Shown in pieces: positions 25,101-38,262 of a stretch of DNA of 64,000 nucleotides. The translations under genes were made by a program, and so were the position numbers. The number at the start of each line of letters is the position of its first letter. Position 1 is the stretch's first letter. The DNA lies in contig QPMI01000036.1 of assembly GCA_004431415.1 (NCBI GenBank), forward strand, positions 248,001-312,000, read 5' to 3'. This DNA is from Cyanophora paradoxa CCMP329. Taxonomy: Eukaryota > Plantae > Glaucophyta. The notes under the pieces were generated by a model. The model did no database searches and had not been told where the DNA came from. It worked only from the letters and a program-made list of their open reading frames with translations.

Positions 25101-28100
25101 CATTGCACCTGAGCGAAGAAGTCCTTGACGTTCTTGCGGGCCTTGCCGAGGAGGTTGTCCACCTTGGCGACGTCATCGTCCCACAGCTCGAGCTCCAGCG
25201 CCTGGTCGAACTCCACCAGCACCCTGCCCCCCGCCCCGCCCCGTCGCCCCGCGCCCCCCTCGCCCCGGCGGGGGCGGGGCGGGGCGGGCGTACACGTCGT
25301 CGAGCTGGTCGTTGAAGGTGACGAGCTCGCCCTTCTGGTCCTTCACCGTGCGCGTGCGCCGCTCCTCGCCCTGCACCTTCAGCACCACGTACGGGTCCGA
25401 CGTGTTCTTCCCCACCAGCCGGAAGTCCGCCGCCGGCACGTTCTGCCCGTAAAGCACTGCGCCCCGCCTCAGCGCCGCCGGCGGGGGCGGGCCCGGCGGG
25501 GCGGGGCGGGCCCTTGAGGTTGAGGACGAAGCGGCCCGGGGAGAAGAGGGCGAGGTCGATGGGCGGGGCGGTGCCGATGAGGGCCTCCTCGGCGGCGGCC
25601 TCCTGCTTGGCGACGACGACGGCGGTCGAGGCCGGCCCCTCCATCTTCTCCGCCGCCTGCGTGATCTCCTCCTGCTTCGTGAACTTCGGCACGTAGAGCA
25701 TCTTGACGACGACCTGGGAGGGCGGGCCGGGCTGCCCCGAGGTGCCCCCCTCGAGGTTCCGAGTGAGCGTCTTCGTGCCGCCCCCGGGCCCGGGGCGCCC
25801 CGCCTCGGAGATCGGAATCTCCACGATGCCGAGCAGCGTGTCCGGCATCGGCGAGTTGTCGTCGTAAAACTTGAGCTGGATCGTCTGCCCGGGGTCCCGC
25901 AGCGGCCTGCCGCCCCGCGTCAGGGGGAGCTACGCGGGGCGGCCGCCGGGGGCGCACAGCTGGTACTCGTCCTCGAAGACGGGCGAGTCCTGCTCGTCCA
26001 TGATCTCCGTCCGCTCCCGCCGCCGCTTCTCCCCGCTCACCCACACCTCGCAGTACGGGTCGCAGAACTCTGCCGCCCCGCCCTCGCACCCCGCCCGGCG
26101 CGGGGCCGGCGCGGGCGGGGCGGCGGGCGCACTGGAGAAGACGAAGAGGCCCGTCTTCATCTTCAGGTTAAGCGCCTTCTCGACTGCGGCGGCGTCGGCG
26201 GGAGCGGCGGGGCGGGCCCGCGCGGGGCGGCGCACTGCGGAGGGTCAGGTCGCCCTGCACCTCCCCCTCGGGGATCTCCGCCTTGTCGCTCTCCCCCGCC
26301 GGTCGCACCCGCTGCCGCGTCGCGTCGCCTCGGGCCCGCGCGGGGCGGGGCGGGGCGGGGCGGGGCGGGGCCGCACGGGGATGAACTGGGCCTGGATGGT
26401 GAGGAAGCCGACGGCGCGGCTGTGCTTGTCCAGCACCGGCTGCGTCAGCTGCACCACCTGCTGGCGCGCTCGGGCCGGCCGGCGGCGGGGCGGCGGGGCG
26501 GCGGGGCGGGGCGGGCCTTGTGCGGGGTGCGCATCTCGGTGCAGTTGAACTCGGCCATGCCGATCTCGTCGTCCTTCAGGAAGTCCTTGTCCAGCACGTC
26601 GCACTGCGCCCCGCCCTCGCACCCCACTCCGCCCAGGGCGGGCCGCGCCGCGCACCTTCAGCGTGCCCGAGGGGAGGTCCGACGAGAGCTCGCTGCGCCG
26701 CCCCTCAGCCGCGGAGGGGGCACAGCGGGGCGGGGCGGGGCGCGGACAAGGGCGGGAGGAGCTCATTCCAGGCGGGGTTCAGCTCGTTGTCGATGACCTT
26801 CGTCTTCTGCACCTGCTTCCGCAGCCGCACCCGCACGTACGGGTCCGACACGTCCTTCTTGTCGAACACTGAGGTCCCCGCCCCCTCGGCCCCAGGCCCG
26901 CGGGCGGGGGCGGGGCGGACGGGGCGCACGGCTGGAGTCCATGTTCATGATGTCCTTCCCGCTGACGACCTTGACGAAAAGGTACGGCTTCGAGCTGTCG
27001 GGCGTCGCCCCCGGCGCCACCAGCGTCAGCGGCACCCCCTGCCTCGCCATCCCGTCAGCCCCGCCAGGGCGCAGCGGAGCGGGGCATGCGGACGGGGGCG
27101 TGGGGGTCCTGCCCGGGCGGCTGCGGGGTCGTCTCCACCGCGGGGCTCCACGGCTGGAAGGCGGCCCCCTGCGGCCGGCGTCGGCGGCGCGGGGAGCGGC
27201 GGGGGCGGCCGGGCGGGCCTTGGGGACGAAGTGGAGGTCCAGGACGACGCTGCCGTACCCCGGGAGCGGCTTCCCCGTGTACGCGTTGTTCCCCTCGAAC
27301 TTGACCATCGGGAACGCGCGCCTGCCCCGGCGTCGGCGCCCGGCGGGTGGCGCGGGCGCGCGGGGCGGACCCGAGGACGGGGTTGGGGGCGGGGGAGGCG
27401 AGCTGGGCGAGGGGGATGGAGACCATGCAGACGCCGCGGGACTTGCCGAAGGTCTCCATGTCGAAGACCTGCACCTCCAGCGTCTCCGTCCCCACGTCCT
27501 GCACGTCGCTGCCCGCCCCGCTCGCCCCGCGCCCCGGCGCCCCAAGCGGGGGGGCGGGGGGGGGGGGGGGGGGGGGGGGGCGCACAAGGGCCGCTCGGGG
27601 ACGCCCATGGTCTTCTCGTCCCAGACGGGGTTCAGGCTGTCCTTCCCCTTGGCCTCCTTGGTGAGGTGCAGCGTCTTCCCGCAGATGAGCTTCACGAAGG
27701 CGTCGAACTTGGACGTCCCCATCATCCCGCTGTCCACCGCCGGCAGGCTCGTCGCCCCCTTCACCCGCACGTACAGGTCCCCCTTCTTCGGGTCCCCGTA
27801 GTACGCGCCCGTCCCCGGCCCCGCCGCCGCCCCCGCGCCCCCAACCGCAGGCTGCTGCTGCGCTGCGCCACTTGCCGCCGGAAGGGCGTTCCCGGGCGCC
27901 GGTGTGGCCGTTGCGCTCGCGGGCGGGGGCCGAGGCTTCTCCCAGGCCGGGGTAAGTTCGTCCTGGGGCGGGGTCAGCGGCGCCGGGCGGGGCGGGCGGG
28001 GCCGGCGCACGGTGAAGCGGAAGCACAGGTCGAGGACGATTTGGCCGTACCCTTTGGCGTCCTTCTTGTACGCCTGCTTGGTCTCCTCGTCGTCCGCCGG

Positions 28101-29600
28101 GGTGAACTTGCCCAGGTCCACGGTGAAGCTAGCGCTCGAAGCGTGAGGCGGCGAGGGCGCGCGGGGCGCGGGGCGGCGCACTCGAGGACGGGCTCCCCGT
28201 TGGCGAGGTTGCGGAGGGGCACGCTGGCCTGCTGGCGGCGTGAGGGGCGGGGCAGGAGGGCGGGGGCGGGGCGGGGGTGCGGGCGGGCCTCGCAGACGCC
28301 GCGGGCCCCGCCGGACTTCTCCTCGTCCCAGACGGTGACGCGGAGGGCGTCCTTGGCGACGTCGGCGACGGACATCCACTCCGGCATCTCCCAGTCCCAC
28401 GTTGGGTTCAAGCTCGAGACGCTCTTCGTCTGGCCCCCCGTCTTCCCGTTCAGCTGCACCTTCGCGATCGCGTCGATGTCGCTCCCCGCCAGCATAGCTG
28501 CCCGCCCCTCAGTGCCCGCCAAGCGCGCCGCTGCGAGCGGGCACGCACAGTCCACCGCCGGCAGGTTTACCCCCCGCTTCACCCGCACGAACAGCTTCCC
28601 GGGCCCGACGTCTGCCGTCCCACCTGACCGGGCTGTGTCGCCTGAACGGGCTGAGTCGGCTGGACGGGCTGAGTCGGCTGGCTGGGCTGTGTTGGCTGAA
28701 CGGGCTGGTTGGTTGAACGGCTGAGTGGGCTGGACTGGCTGAGACGGCGTCGCCGGCTGCGCCATGACGCGTGAGTGCAGACAGCATCAGCGTTGCCGCG
28801 GACCGGACCTGAGGGTTGCGGGCGTCGGCTGGGTCGCCGCCTGGTTGGCCGGCTGCGCCACCGGCTGCGGCGGAGCGGGGGAGGCGGGGCAGGGGGAGGC
28901 GGCGGCGAGGTCCAGGCCGCGTGCGTGGCTCCCTGCACTGTCCATCAGTGACCGCCTGGGCCGGGCGGTGCGCAGGCTGCGTGGGTAGTCTACGCGCCGT
29001 CGGCACAAAGTGGAGCTCGACGAGGATCTCCCCGAACGTGTCGAACTGCTTCCGAGCACCTTCTCATTTGACGCCGTTTGGAACATCTTTAGCGGCACGG
29101 GGCGCTGCCTGCGCACGGATCCCAGCGTGCTTGAGCGCCCCCAGTGCTCCCGACACGCAGCGGTACGTACCCTGTCTGCTCAGTTCTGGGGATGCTGTTG
29201 GCGAGGTCCTTGAGCGGGAACAGAGCCTGCGCCGCAAGGTTCGGGCACACGACACCGGAGCCGGGAAACGAGCCGGTGCACCTCGCAGACGCCTCTCGCA
29301 GCGCCGATCTTCTCTGCGTCGAAGACTGCGACTTTGAGAACATCCTTGTTCGCGTCGTTTACCGGTAGGCGGTTAGCCTCGTAATTCCACTTCGGGTTCC
29401 GGTCGGTCTGCTTCGAGGATTCGCCGAGGAACTTGTCATTGATGTACAATTTGGCGATGGCGTCGATGGAACCAAAAGCTGCGAGCAGTGAGGCCCAGGA
29501 GGCGGCGGCTACTCGCGCCTAGCCCGAGCGCACTGTCAACTTTGGGCAGATTCGTCGCGCTCTTGACGCGGACAAACAGATCGCCTGAAACCGCCGCCAT
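22125..29600 (-). pseudogene. Near-complete copy of the multi-C2 gene lacking the last two exons
   Basis: ATG 29600; ends in the intron after RQQQTAQ. Confidence 0.7.
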
Positions 29601-31727
29601 CTTTGCTTAGCTACTGTTGCTGCAGCACTGAGGGCAATCCCGACGAGGCGTTCGGGCGGACGATGTCCGCTGCGGCGCGCTGTCGGCTAAGCTCGGGGAA
29701 GGCTTCTAAAGCTAGCGCCTGTCTCCCCGCATATCGTGCCGCGCTACGGGCGCTCCCAGTGGCCTGCGCCTGGCTCACTTTTGAACCGCCTTTTTTTCGA
29801 GCTGGGGTACGCCCCCAGTAGAGACCGTTGTCTTCAAGACGTGGCAGCCGTTCAGACAGCCAGAGCGTCGGCCGGCCTCGCCTCCAGCGCCCCAGGTCGC
29901 CAGCAGCGCACTCGAGCAGCACCTCAGATCAGCAGCGCTGCGCTGGGCTTCCCGAGATGGCGTCGCAGGTTTGTCCCCCGCCCGGGCCGCGGGGAAGGCG
30001 TCCGGGCGCGTTCGTACGCTCTGACCGTCCTTCTTCCTATAATGCAGAGGCAGCAGCCCTCTGGAGGCGAGGACCTGAGCATTTTGGAGCAAATACGCCG
30101 GAGCTTCGAGTGGCTCGCCCAGCCGCATGCTCAGAGTGCGCTCTGCATGCCCGTCCGCTCGGGAAATGATTCTTACGAGGGTCATTCGCCAGATGAGCAT
30201 GCAAACGCCACGGTGACAGAGAACACCGGCCGCAGGTTCCCAACCCCCCGCTTTTCGAGCGGCGTGGAGGATCTCGTGAACGTAAGTCGCTGCAACCTTA
30301 TCGGCTCGCCGATGCTTTGGTTTGATCACGCATCGCTCCCCCTGAGCAGTTCGACGCAACTGAGGAGTCGGGTCGCGCCCACGGGCCCAGTCCGGCCCGC
30401 GAAGTCGGGTGTCTGCCGACGATCATCCAGCAGCCCGGCTCATCCGGTGGCGGTTTCACATTCAGCACCGCGTCGTCTCGCCAGCGAGCCGGCGCCGAGT
30501 CGCCGGCGGGGAGGCAGTCGACTGGCCCGACGCGGCCGGGGAGCGGGCGGAGCCGGCGGCGGGAGTCCCGCGGGGCGCCCTCGTACCGCTCGAAGTCGCG
30601 CCGCTCGGCGCTCGAGCGAGAGGAGGAGTTCAAGAAGAAGGCCATCCAGTGCGCGGCGATCGCCCGTTCGTGTGGGCGGGGTGCCGGGCTGACGGCAGGG
30701 CAGGATCTCGGGGAGCTGAACGCGCTGGCGACGCAGCTGACGGAGGACCACGTGCTGAACCCGAAGGTGCACAAGCTTGCCGAGGAGCTGGACCAGCTGC
30801 AGGACCCGACCAGCCGCCGCAACAACTCCCCCACAAAGCTCGAGCAGCGCCTCAACACCATCTGGGCCCAGAGCCGCGTCCGCCCCGCCGCCCCGCGCGC
30901 CCTCCTCGCCCCGCCGGCGATCCCCGCGGCAGATCCTCCACATGAGCTACAACAGCATGTCGACAAGCGGGAGCGGGGTCTTCCCGTTCGGACTCAAGGG
31001 CGCCCTCGGCTCGTCGATGGCCTTCAGCGGTGGCGCCCACTCGACGTCGGTCTCCTTGGAGCTGCCGCGCGGGGCGCCCACCTCGGCGTACACCATCGGG
31101 CCGATCCCGCAGGCGGCGCCCGTCTCGCCGGACAGCAGCGTGAACCTGCAGTCCGCGACCGCCTCCCCGGCCGCCCTCGCCGCCTCCCCGGGGCGCCCCT
31201 CGGGCCCTGTCTCCGCCCACTCCATCTCCGGTCTCCGCGCCGAGGCCTCCCCCGCCTCCGTCCGCGGCGGCGCCTCTTCCGCGCGGCCCTCCTCCGGCAA
31301 GCCGCCGGCCGGCCCCGCCGCCGCCAAGACGCCGAGCCCGGGCCGCGAGCACGGTCGTCCCTCGCGGTGCGCTGCGCCCCTCCCCGGGTACGCGTTGCGT
31401 CGCCCGCCGACGCCCTCGCAGTGTGATGGTCGCGTCGGCTAAGCGCCCGTCCGCCGCCGCCGGCGCCGCCGCCGGGTGCGCCCCCCGAACGCTCGCCCGC
31501 GGGCTAGAGGCCGACGACGCGGGCGCAGGCGGGCGTCAGAGCGGCTGCGCGAGATGGAAGAGCAGCTGCACAAGGAGCGGGAGGCGGTGCGGATCCTCAT
31601 GGCGCGCCTCCAGGAGGAGATGAAGGCGCGCGAGGAGGTCGAGACGAAGGCGAACGTCTCGCAGGAGCAGCTCGGCCGCAAGGACCTCGTCCTCGCCCGC
31701 GTAGGCCCCGCTCCCACCGCCGGCGCC
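22125..31727. repeat. Segmental repeat, copy 3 (X+Y+Z)
   Basis: 22125-22140 equals 6225-6240; runs into unique sequence after 31727. Confidence 0.95.
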
Positions 31728-34381
31728 GCGCCGGCGCGCCGACGAGCGGGGCAGATGACGTCGGACCTGGTGTCGCTGCGGGACCAGAACGACGCGCTGG
31801 CGCAGGCGATCGCGATGCTGAACACGCAGAAGTGCGAGTGGGAGACCCTCGTCGAGGGCATGGAGGAGCAGCTCGACGACATCCGCGCCGAGTGCGAGGC
31901 GGACGCCAGCCTCCGCGCCCACCCCGCCGCCCCCCTCGCCGCCTCCTCCTCCGCCGAGCGCGCCTCCGCCGCCGTCAGCCTCGCCCGCGCCGCCCGCGCT
32001 CTCTCCGACGCCAGCCCGGCGCCGGCCCCGCAGTCGCGCCGGTCGGGCGCCAACTCGGGCCGGCCCTCGCCGTTCGCGTACCCTGCGGCGAACTCGGTGG
32101 ACGGGAGCGTCATCTTCGGGGCGCGAGTGACGAGGCGAGCGCCTCGCCCGGCAGCCGCCCGCAGTCCCGCCGCGCCAGCGACGGCAGCCTCCTCCCCGCA
32201 CCCCACGGCGCCGGCGCCTTCCCATCCCGCAGCGCGCCGCCCACCCCGAGGGGCGCATCTCGGCCCGCAGCCCGGCGCGGGGTCGGAGGTCGGCGCGTCG
32301 CCGGCGGCATCGGCGGCCCTGGGGTCGCCGGCGGATGTGCACAGCGTCTCGCCCGGCGGGCACCTGCGCGTCGGCCCCGCCGGCTACGCGGCCTTCGAGA
32401 GCCCCGCGCAGGCCGCCGGCGCCCTCGCCCCGGCCGCCGCCTCGGCCCGGCGCTCGGCGGAGAGCACCTCGCTCACGGCGGGGCGGGCCCCGTTCCAGTC
32501 CCCGATGAACGAGAAGGCGGTGCGGCGCACGGCCGGCCTCTCGGCGGCGTGCCTGCCCGAGGCCGAGCCCGTCGAGCAGCTGCTCGCCCGCATCTCGCGC
32601 GAGGCCGAGGGCCTCGCCGCCCCGTCCCCCGCCCGCAGTCTCCCCCAGGAGCTCGCGGCGGCGGGCGTGATGACGCCGGCGCGGGCACGGGCGCCGCTGG
32701 TGAGCGACGCGAGCGTGCTGGGGGCCGCCGGCGCCGCCCTCTTCCTCTCCCCGGCCGGCGCCTCCCAGGCCGCCACCGACGGCTCCGAGGGCCCCGACGA
32801 GCTCTCCTCGCCGCTGCCCTCCGAGCGGCCGGAGGCGGCGGGGAGAGCCCGCTGCGCACGCCGCCGGCGGTGCCGCAGCCGGCGGCGGGCGTCTCGGCGC
32901 GGGTGGCGTCGGCGCAGAAGTACAACGCGGGCGTCTTGTCCAAGGTCGCCATGTTCGAGCAGGCGATGACCCAGCTCCAGGCCCGCGCCGCCGCCGCCCC
33001 GCACGGCCCCGCCCGCGCCCCATCGACTCCACCCGCCGCCTCGCCTTCGCCCCCGCCGCCGCCCCGAGCGCCTCGACCCTCTCCACCCGCGCCACGATGC
33101 CAGTCGCCGTGCCCCGCCCCGCCCCGGCGGCCCCGGCCCCGGCCCCGGCGGCGGTGGAGAAGGAGCCGCTGGAGCGGCTGCTGGCGCGGGTGAGCGAGGG
33201 AGCGTCCTCTTCGGCGCCGCCGGCCTCGCCGCCTTCGCCTCCCCGGCCGCCTCCGCCCCGCGCACCTCCGCCCGCCCGAGCGCCGGCGCGACGCCCTCCC
33301 CCGCCGCCTCCGAGCTGCCCCCGCGGGCCCGCTCGTCAGCGAGGGGAGCCTCCTCTTCGGCGCGGCCGGCGCCGCGGCGCTGGCGTCGCCGGCGGCGGCG
33401 TCGCTGCGCAGCTTCGCCTCGCCGCTGGGCTCGGAGCCGCGGGCCTCGGAGTCGACGATGGGGACGGACGGGGGCGAGGAGGAGCGCGACGCCGAGGCCG
33501 ACCTCGAGGCCGGCAGCGAGGCCGGGGCCGGGCCCGAGCAGGCCGAGGAGGCCTGGGGCGAGGAGGCCCCCGCCGAGGAGTACGACGACGACGAGTACGG
33601 CCCCGAGGAGGACGACGAGGAGGACCGCACCGAGGAGGACGAGTACGACGAGGAGGAGGAGCCGCTCTCGCCCCCTGTGGAGGCCCGCGCGGCGCCCCGC
33701 GAGGAGACGCCCGTGCAGGCGGCGGCGCCGCCGGTCTCCAAGGGGGTCCTCTCGGCCATGAAGCACCACGTGGACGTCCCGTCGCGCATCGCCCTCTTCG
33801 AGCCGGAGCGGGCGGCGGCCGTGGCGCAGCAGACCTCGAGCCGGCGGCTCCTCGCCGGCCCGCCCGTGGAGGAGGAGGAGCTCGCCGGCCTGCGGCGGCG
33901 CATCGTCGAGCTCGAGGCGCTCCTCAAGCAGGAGAAGGAGACCGTGCGGCTCCTGCAGGCCAAGCTCGAGGAGAAGGCGAGCAAGGAGAACAACCGGGCG
34001 ACCTTCCAGGCGGCCCGCATCCAGTTCTGGAAGACACGCGCCGTCAAGGCCGAGGCGGAGGACAAGGACGCCCTCAAGGCGCAGGTCTCCGCCCTCGAGC
34101 GCCAGCTCCTCCAGGTCCGCCCTCGTCCACCCCGTCCCTCGCCTGGCCCCTCTGACCTCCCCCGGCAGGTGGCCCGCGCGACCCTCGCGGCCAAGACGGC
34201 GCGGGCGGCCCGGATGCCGAGCGCCGCGGTGCAGACCTCCCCCGGCATTGCCGCGCGCGCCTCCGTCACCCGCCTCCCCCGCACCTCCTCCACCGCCGAC
34301 GCGGCCGGCAAGGAGGGCCTCCCCACCCCGCGCGCTCCGCTCGCCGCCCTCCCCCGCAACTCCAGCTCTCTCCGCGTCTAG
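30042..34381 (+). CDS. Low-complexity coiled-coil protein of unknown function
   Basis: Coiled-coil exons (ERLREMEEQLHKEREAVRILMARLQEEMKAREE; LAGLRRRIVELEALLKQEKETVRLLQAKLEEK), acidic tract, Ser/Pro/Ala-rich linkers; stop TAG ends 34381. Confidence 0.7.
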
Positions 34382-34784
34382 ACGCACCCCTCAAGGCCCG
34401 AGCGGCCCGCGCGACGGCGCCGACGGGCCCTCCCCGACGGACGGTCGAGTGACGACCGGACGCTTCCGTAGATTGTAGGCTCTGAGGCTCGGTAAAGTAA
34501 TGCTGGCTCGGCCGCAGCTTTGAATTCAAGTCCTTTTTTTCCTGCGAGCCTACGATGCACGGTAGAGCACAAAAGCACTGCCAGAGCTCGAGAAACCGAT
34601 GGCCCGACTCTGCGGTGGATCAAATTAAGCGGGGAACAAGTCTACAAGGGGTACAACAGTTCGGCTAGCTAACTTCGGCCGCGAAGAGCACATCAGCTTG
34701 GCAAAGCACGCCCGAATCTTTGCACGCAGCTAGCAGCAAAGGTTGTGAATCAGCGGTTGCTAGCCCTGTTCCAGGACGTCGGAA

Positions 34785-37764
34785 ATGGACGGGGAGGGCG
34801 AGGTGACGGCGGCGGCGGAGACAGTGGAGGAGTCGAAGCCTGGCTCAGCGTCTGAGCTTGCACCCGCTGCGGCCGAACCCGGCGAGTTCGTCGAGGACGA
34901 AGCTGGCGCGGTCTTCGTTGAGAAGACGCTGCGGAAGTTCAAGATGCAGCTTAATGAGTTTCTCGGCGAAGAAGAGGCCTCGCAGCCCTCGCGCCCGCCC
35001 TCGGAGCCTGTAGCCCAGCCCGAGGAAGAAGACGACAACACGCCGAAGGAGCATGCGATCAAATGTGGGCTCTCGCGCAGCCTCCGATCCCGCGCGTGTG
35101 CTAAACCAACGCCCGTGCGCAGGCTCGGACTGCTATACTTGGGGCAGCGACAGCGTGGGGCAGCTGGGGCACGGACACGGTCGAAACATGTGGGAGCCGA
35201 CGCTGCTGAAGACACTGCGCTTCGCGGACTTCGAGTACGCGTCTCAACCGAGCTACAAGATCTCTTGCGGCTTCCACCACGCTGCCGCTGTGTCGGGTTC
35301 GCGCAAAGTGCGGCCCCCGCCCCCGGGCTCCCGCTGACGGGGCGCGCAGACGTGGGCATGTTCACGTGGGGCTCCGGTGAGTACGGCCAGCTGGGCCACG
35401 GGGAGAACACGAACGTCTTCACGCCGAAGCTGGTCGAGGCGCTCTCCAATCGCCGCGTCCGGCGCGTCGCCTGCGGGACCAACCACACCATGTGCCTCAC
35501 CGGTGCGCCCGCCGCGCCGCGCCCCTCCTTTCCTTCCTTTTGGGCGGCCGCCGACGGGGGCGCAGACTCGGGGCAGGTGTTCACGTGGGGCCGGGGCAAG
35601 CACGGGCGGCTGGGGCACGGGGACGAGAAGGACGCGTTCCTCCCGCAGGAGATCGACATGCTGCGCTCCAAGCAGATCGTCCAAATCTCCGCCGGCGGCG
35701 CCCACAGCGCCGCCCTCACCAGTGCGCCCCGCCCCGCCCCGCCGCCGATCGCCGGCGGCGGGCCGACGAGGGCGGGTGCAGGCCTGGGGGACCTCTACAT
35801 GTGGGGCAACGGGCAGGCGGGGCAGTTGGGGCTCGGGGAGAAGCACGACCAGCGGACGCCGGGGCTGCTGCGGGCGCTGCAGGGGAAGATGATCTCGGTG
35901 GTGAGCTGCGGGGAGCACCACACGGCGGCATGCACGGACGCCGGCGAGCTCTTCACCTGGGGCTTCGGCGTCCACGGCCGCCTCGGCCACGGCGACGAGC
36001 AGAGCCTCTCCGCCCCGAAGCTCGTCGAGGGCCTCAAGGAGAAGCGCGTCGTCCTCGTCTCCTGCGGCGGCTACCACACCGCCTGCCTCGCCTACGACGC
36101 CCCCGACGGCGCCGGCAGCGACCCCAAGGAGGTCTTCACCTGGGGGTCCGACCCGCCCGCCCCGTCCCGCCCCGCCCCGCCCCGGGTGAAGCCGACGCGG
36201 GACGGGCAGGGCGAACGGGTACGGGCAGCTGGGGCACGGGGACTCGAAGGATCTGCTGCGGCCCAAGCGGGTGAAGGCCCTCTCCGGCCGCGCCGTCTGC
36301 CAGGTCGTCTGCGGCTCCTGGCACACCGCCGCCACCGACGGTCCGCCCCGCCCGCCCGCGCCCCGCCCGCCGCCCGGCGCTGAGGGGGCGGGGCAGTGAA
36401 CGGGTACCTGTACGCGTGGGGGTGGGGCGAGGAGGGCCAGCTGGGGCACAACAGCGAGAAGAACGTGCCCAAGCCGGCCGTCGTCAAGAAGCTCTCCCGC
36501 AAGCGCGTCGTCCAGTTCGCCTGCGGCTGGTCCCACATGATGGCCGTCTGCGGTCCGCCCCCCGCCCCGCCTCCCCTCCCCGCGCCCCGGGCGGCGGCCG
36601 ACGGGGCGGGTGCAGCGGAGCGGGACGCGCAGCAGGAGGAGGAGGCGGCGGCGCGGCGGGAGGAGCACAAGGGGAAGCAGCGGAAGAAGGAGGGGGAGGA
36701 GGGGAGCCCCGACGGGCTCTCCCCCGACGAGGAGGCCCCAGCCGGGCCCTCCGACGCCGAGGACCGCCGCCCCGCCCCGGGCCCCGGCCCCGCCGCCCCC
36801 GCCGCCGCCGCCAAGCGCAAGCCGGCGGCCCCGGCGCCCGGGCGAACAGGACGGGCCGGGGCGCGGCGCCGAGCGGGGCGGCGGGGCGGGCGGCGCCGCG
36901 GCACTCGAAGAGCCCGCGGGAGGGGGAGTACGGGCCGGAGGCCGGCGAGGCATCGGGGAGCGGGGCGGAGGGGACGCGGCTGCCGCCGATCGCGCGCTCG
37001 GCGATGGGCCCGGGGCCTCCCGGCAGGTCGTGGGGCCCAGCAGGGCCACTCCCCACCAACGCCGGCGGCCAGCGCACGCCCCGCAGGGCGGCCCGGGGGC
37101 CCGTCGGGCCGGCCCCCAATCCCGCCAACCGCGGCCCGAGGGCGCCCCGGCGCCGGGGAGGCGCGCCGGCTCGAAGTCGCCGCCGCGGGAGCCGGGGCGG
37201 CGCCGGGGCGGGGCGGGGCGCGGGAGGTGAACCCCGAGCTGGAGGCCCGCGTGCAGGCCCTCACCACCAAGCTCGAGCAGGCGCGCCCCGCCCCGCCCCG
37301 CCCCGCCCGACGCGCCCTAAGGGGTGGCACAGGCGCTGGCGGAGGCGGGGCCCGGGGCGCGGGGCGGGGAGGTCGGGGGCGTGGGGGCCGGGGCGGAGCC
37401 GGTGCTGCGGGAGAAGGCGAACGACATGATGAACCTCATCCACGAGAAGGCCAACAACGACATGCTCGCCGTGCGCCCCGCCCCGCCCCGCCCCGCCCTC
37501 AAGGGGCGGCCGTGTCGAGCCGGGGCGGCGCAGCGCGTCTTCGACCTGCGGGAGCGGCTGGAGGCGATGGAGCACGGGGGCGCCGAGGCCGAGGAGCTGC
37601 GGCAGGCCCGCGCCGAGCTCGCGCAGGCGGAGGCCGACCTGCAGGACCCGGCGGCGCGCACCCGCTTCATCGAGAACGCCCGCCAGACCGTCCTCCGCGA
37701 GTTCGCCTCCTACCTCCACAACGCCGCCGCCGCCGGCCCCCGCCCCGTCCCCGCCGCCGTCTGA
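34785..37764 (+). CDS. RCC1-repeat (UVR8/HERC-like beta-propeller) protein with C-terminal coiled coil
   Basis: Seven RCC1 repeats (TWGSGEYGQLGHG, TWGRGKHGRLGHG, MWGNGQAGQLGLG, CGEHHTAACTDAGELFTWGFGVHGRLGHG, etc.) after removing introns. Confidence 0.9.
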
Positions 37765-38262
37765 GGCGCGCCGCCGCGTCCCTAGTCCGCCTGTACATCC
37801 CTGCCTCCCCGTCGCCAGATCGTTCAGTGATTATCATAGCCCTAGAGGCCTGTCGCAGAGTTGTAGGTTTTTTCACAATTGGAAGCTGTCTAGAGCTCTC
37901 CCGGCTCAGAGTCCCGAGTCTTTGACACGCGAGCTCACTGCAGCTGCGACTCCTCCTGCCACATTCGACGACGGCAGCGGCGATTCCTCCGGGGAGGGGG
38001 ATACACGGACCAAGCCCCTCGCTCTGCAGCTGCAGCGCGTGGGACGTCCAGCTGCAGCCCGCAGCGGACCGAGCCAGTTCGAGCTTTGCAGTAGCCTTTT
38101 CATTCGAGCTAGAAGCGGGGAGCGGCCGCCTCCGACTGCCAGTAGGTGACGGAGGCTCTCGCAGCCTCACCCGCACGGTTTTCCGCGCGGAGACCTTGGC
38201 CAGGCTCGCCACGGCTTCCGAAGCGCGCGGGCGCCGCGCTCGCGGCCCGGCGCGGCGGCAGT

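Noticed and set aside
6274-28724. Very long Pro/Arg/Gly-rich ORFs (833, 1033, 734 aa and others) on both strands
   Set aside because: Stop codons are rare at this GC content; these ORFs run through introns or lie antisense to real exons.
35297-35349. Apparent non-canonical intron boundary in the RCC1 gene if GTGCGG is the donor
   Set aside because: The upstream GTTCGC donor gives a normal GT-AG intron and the correct frame (VS-DVGMFTWG).
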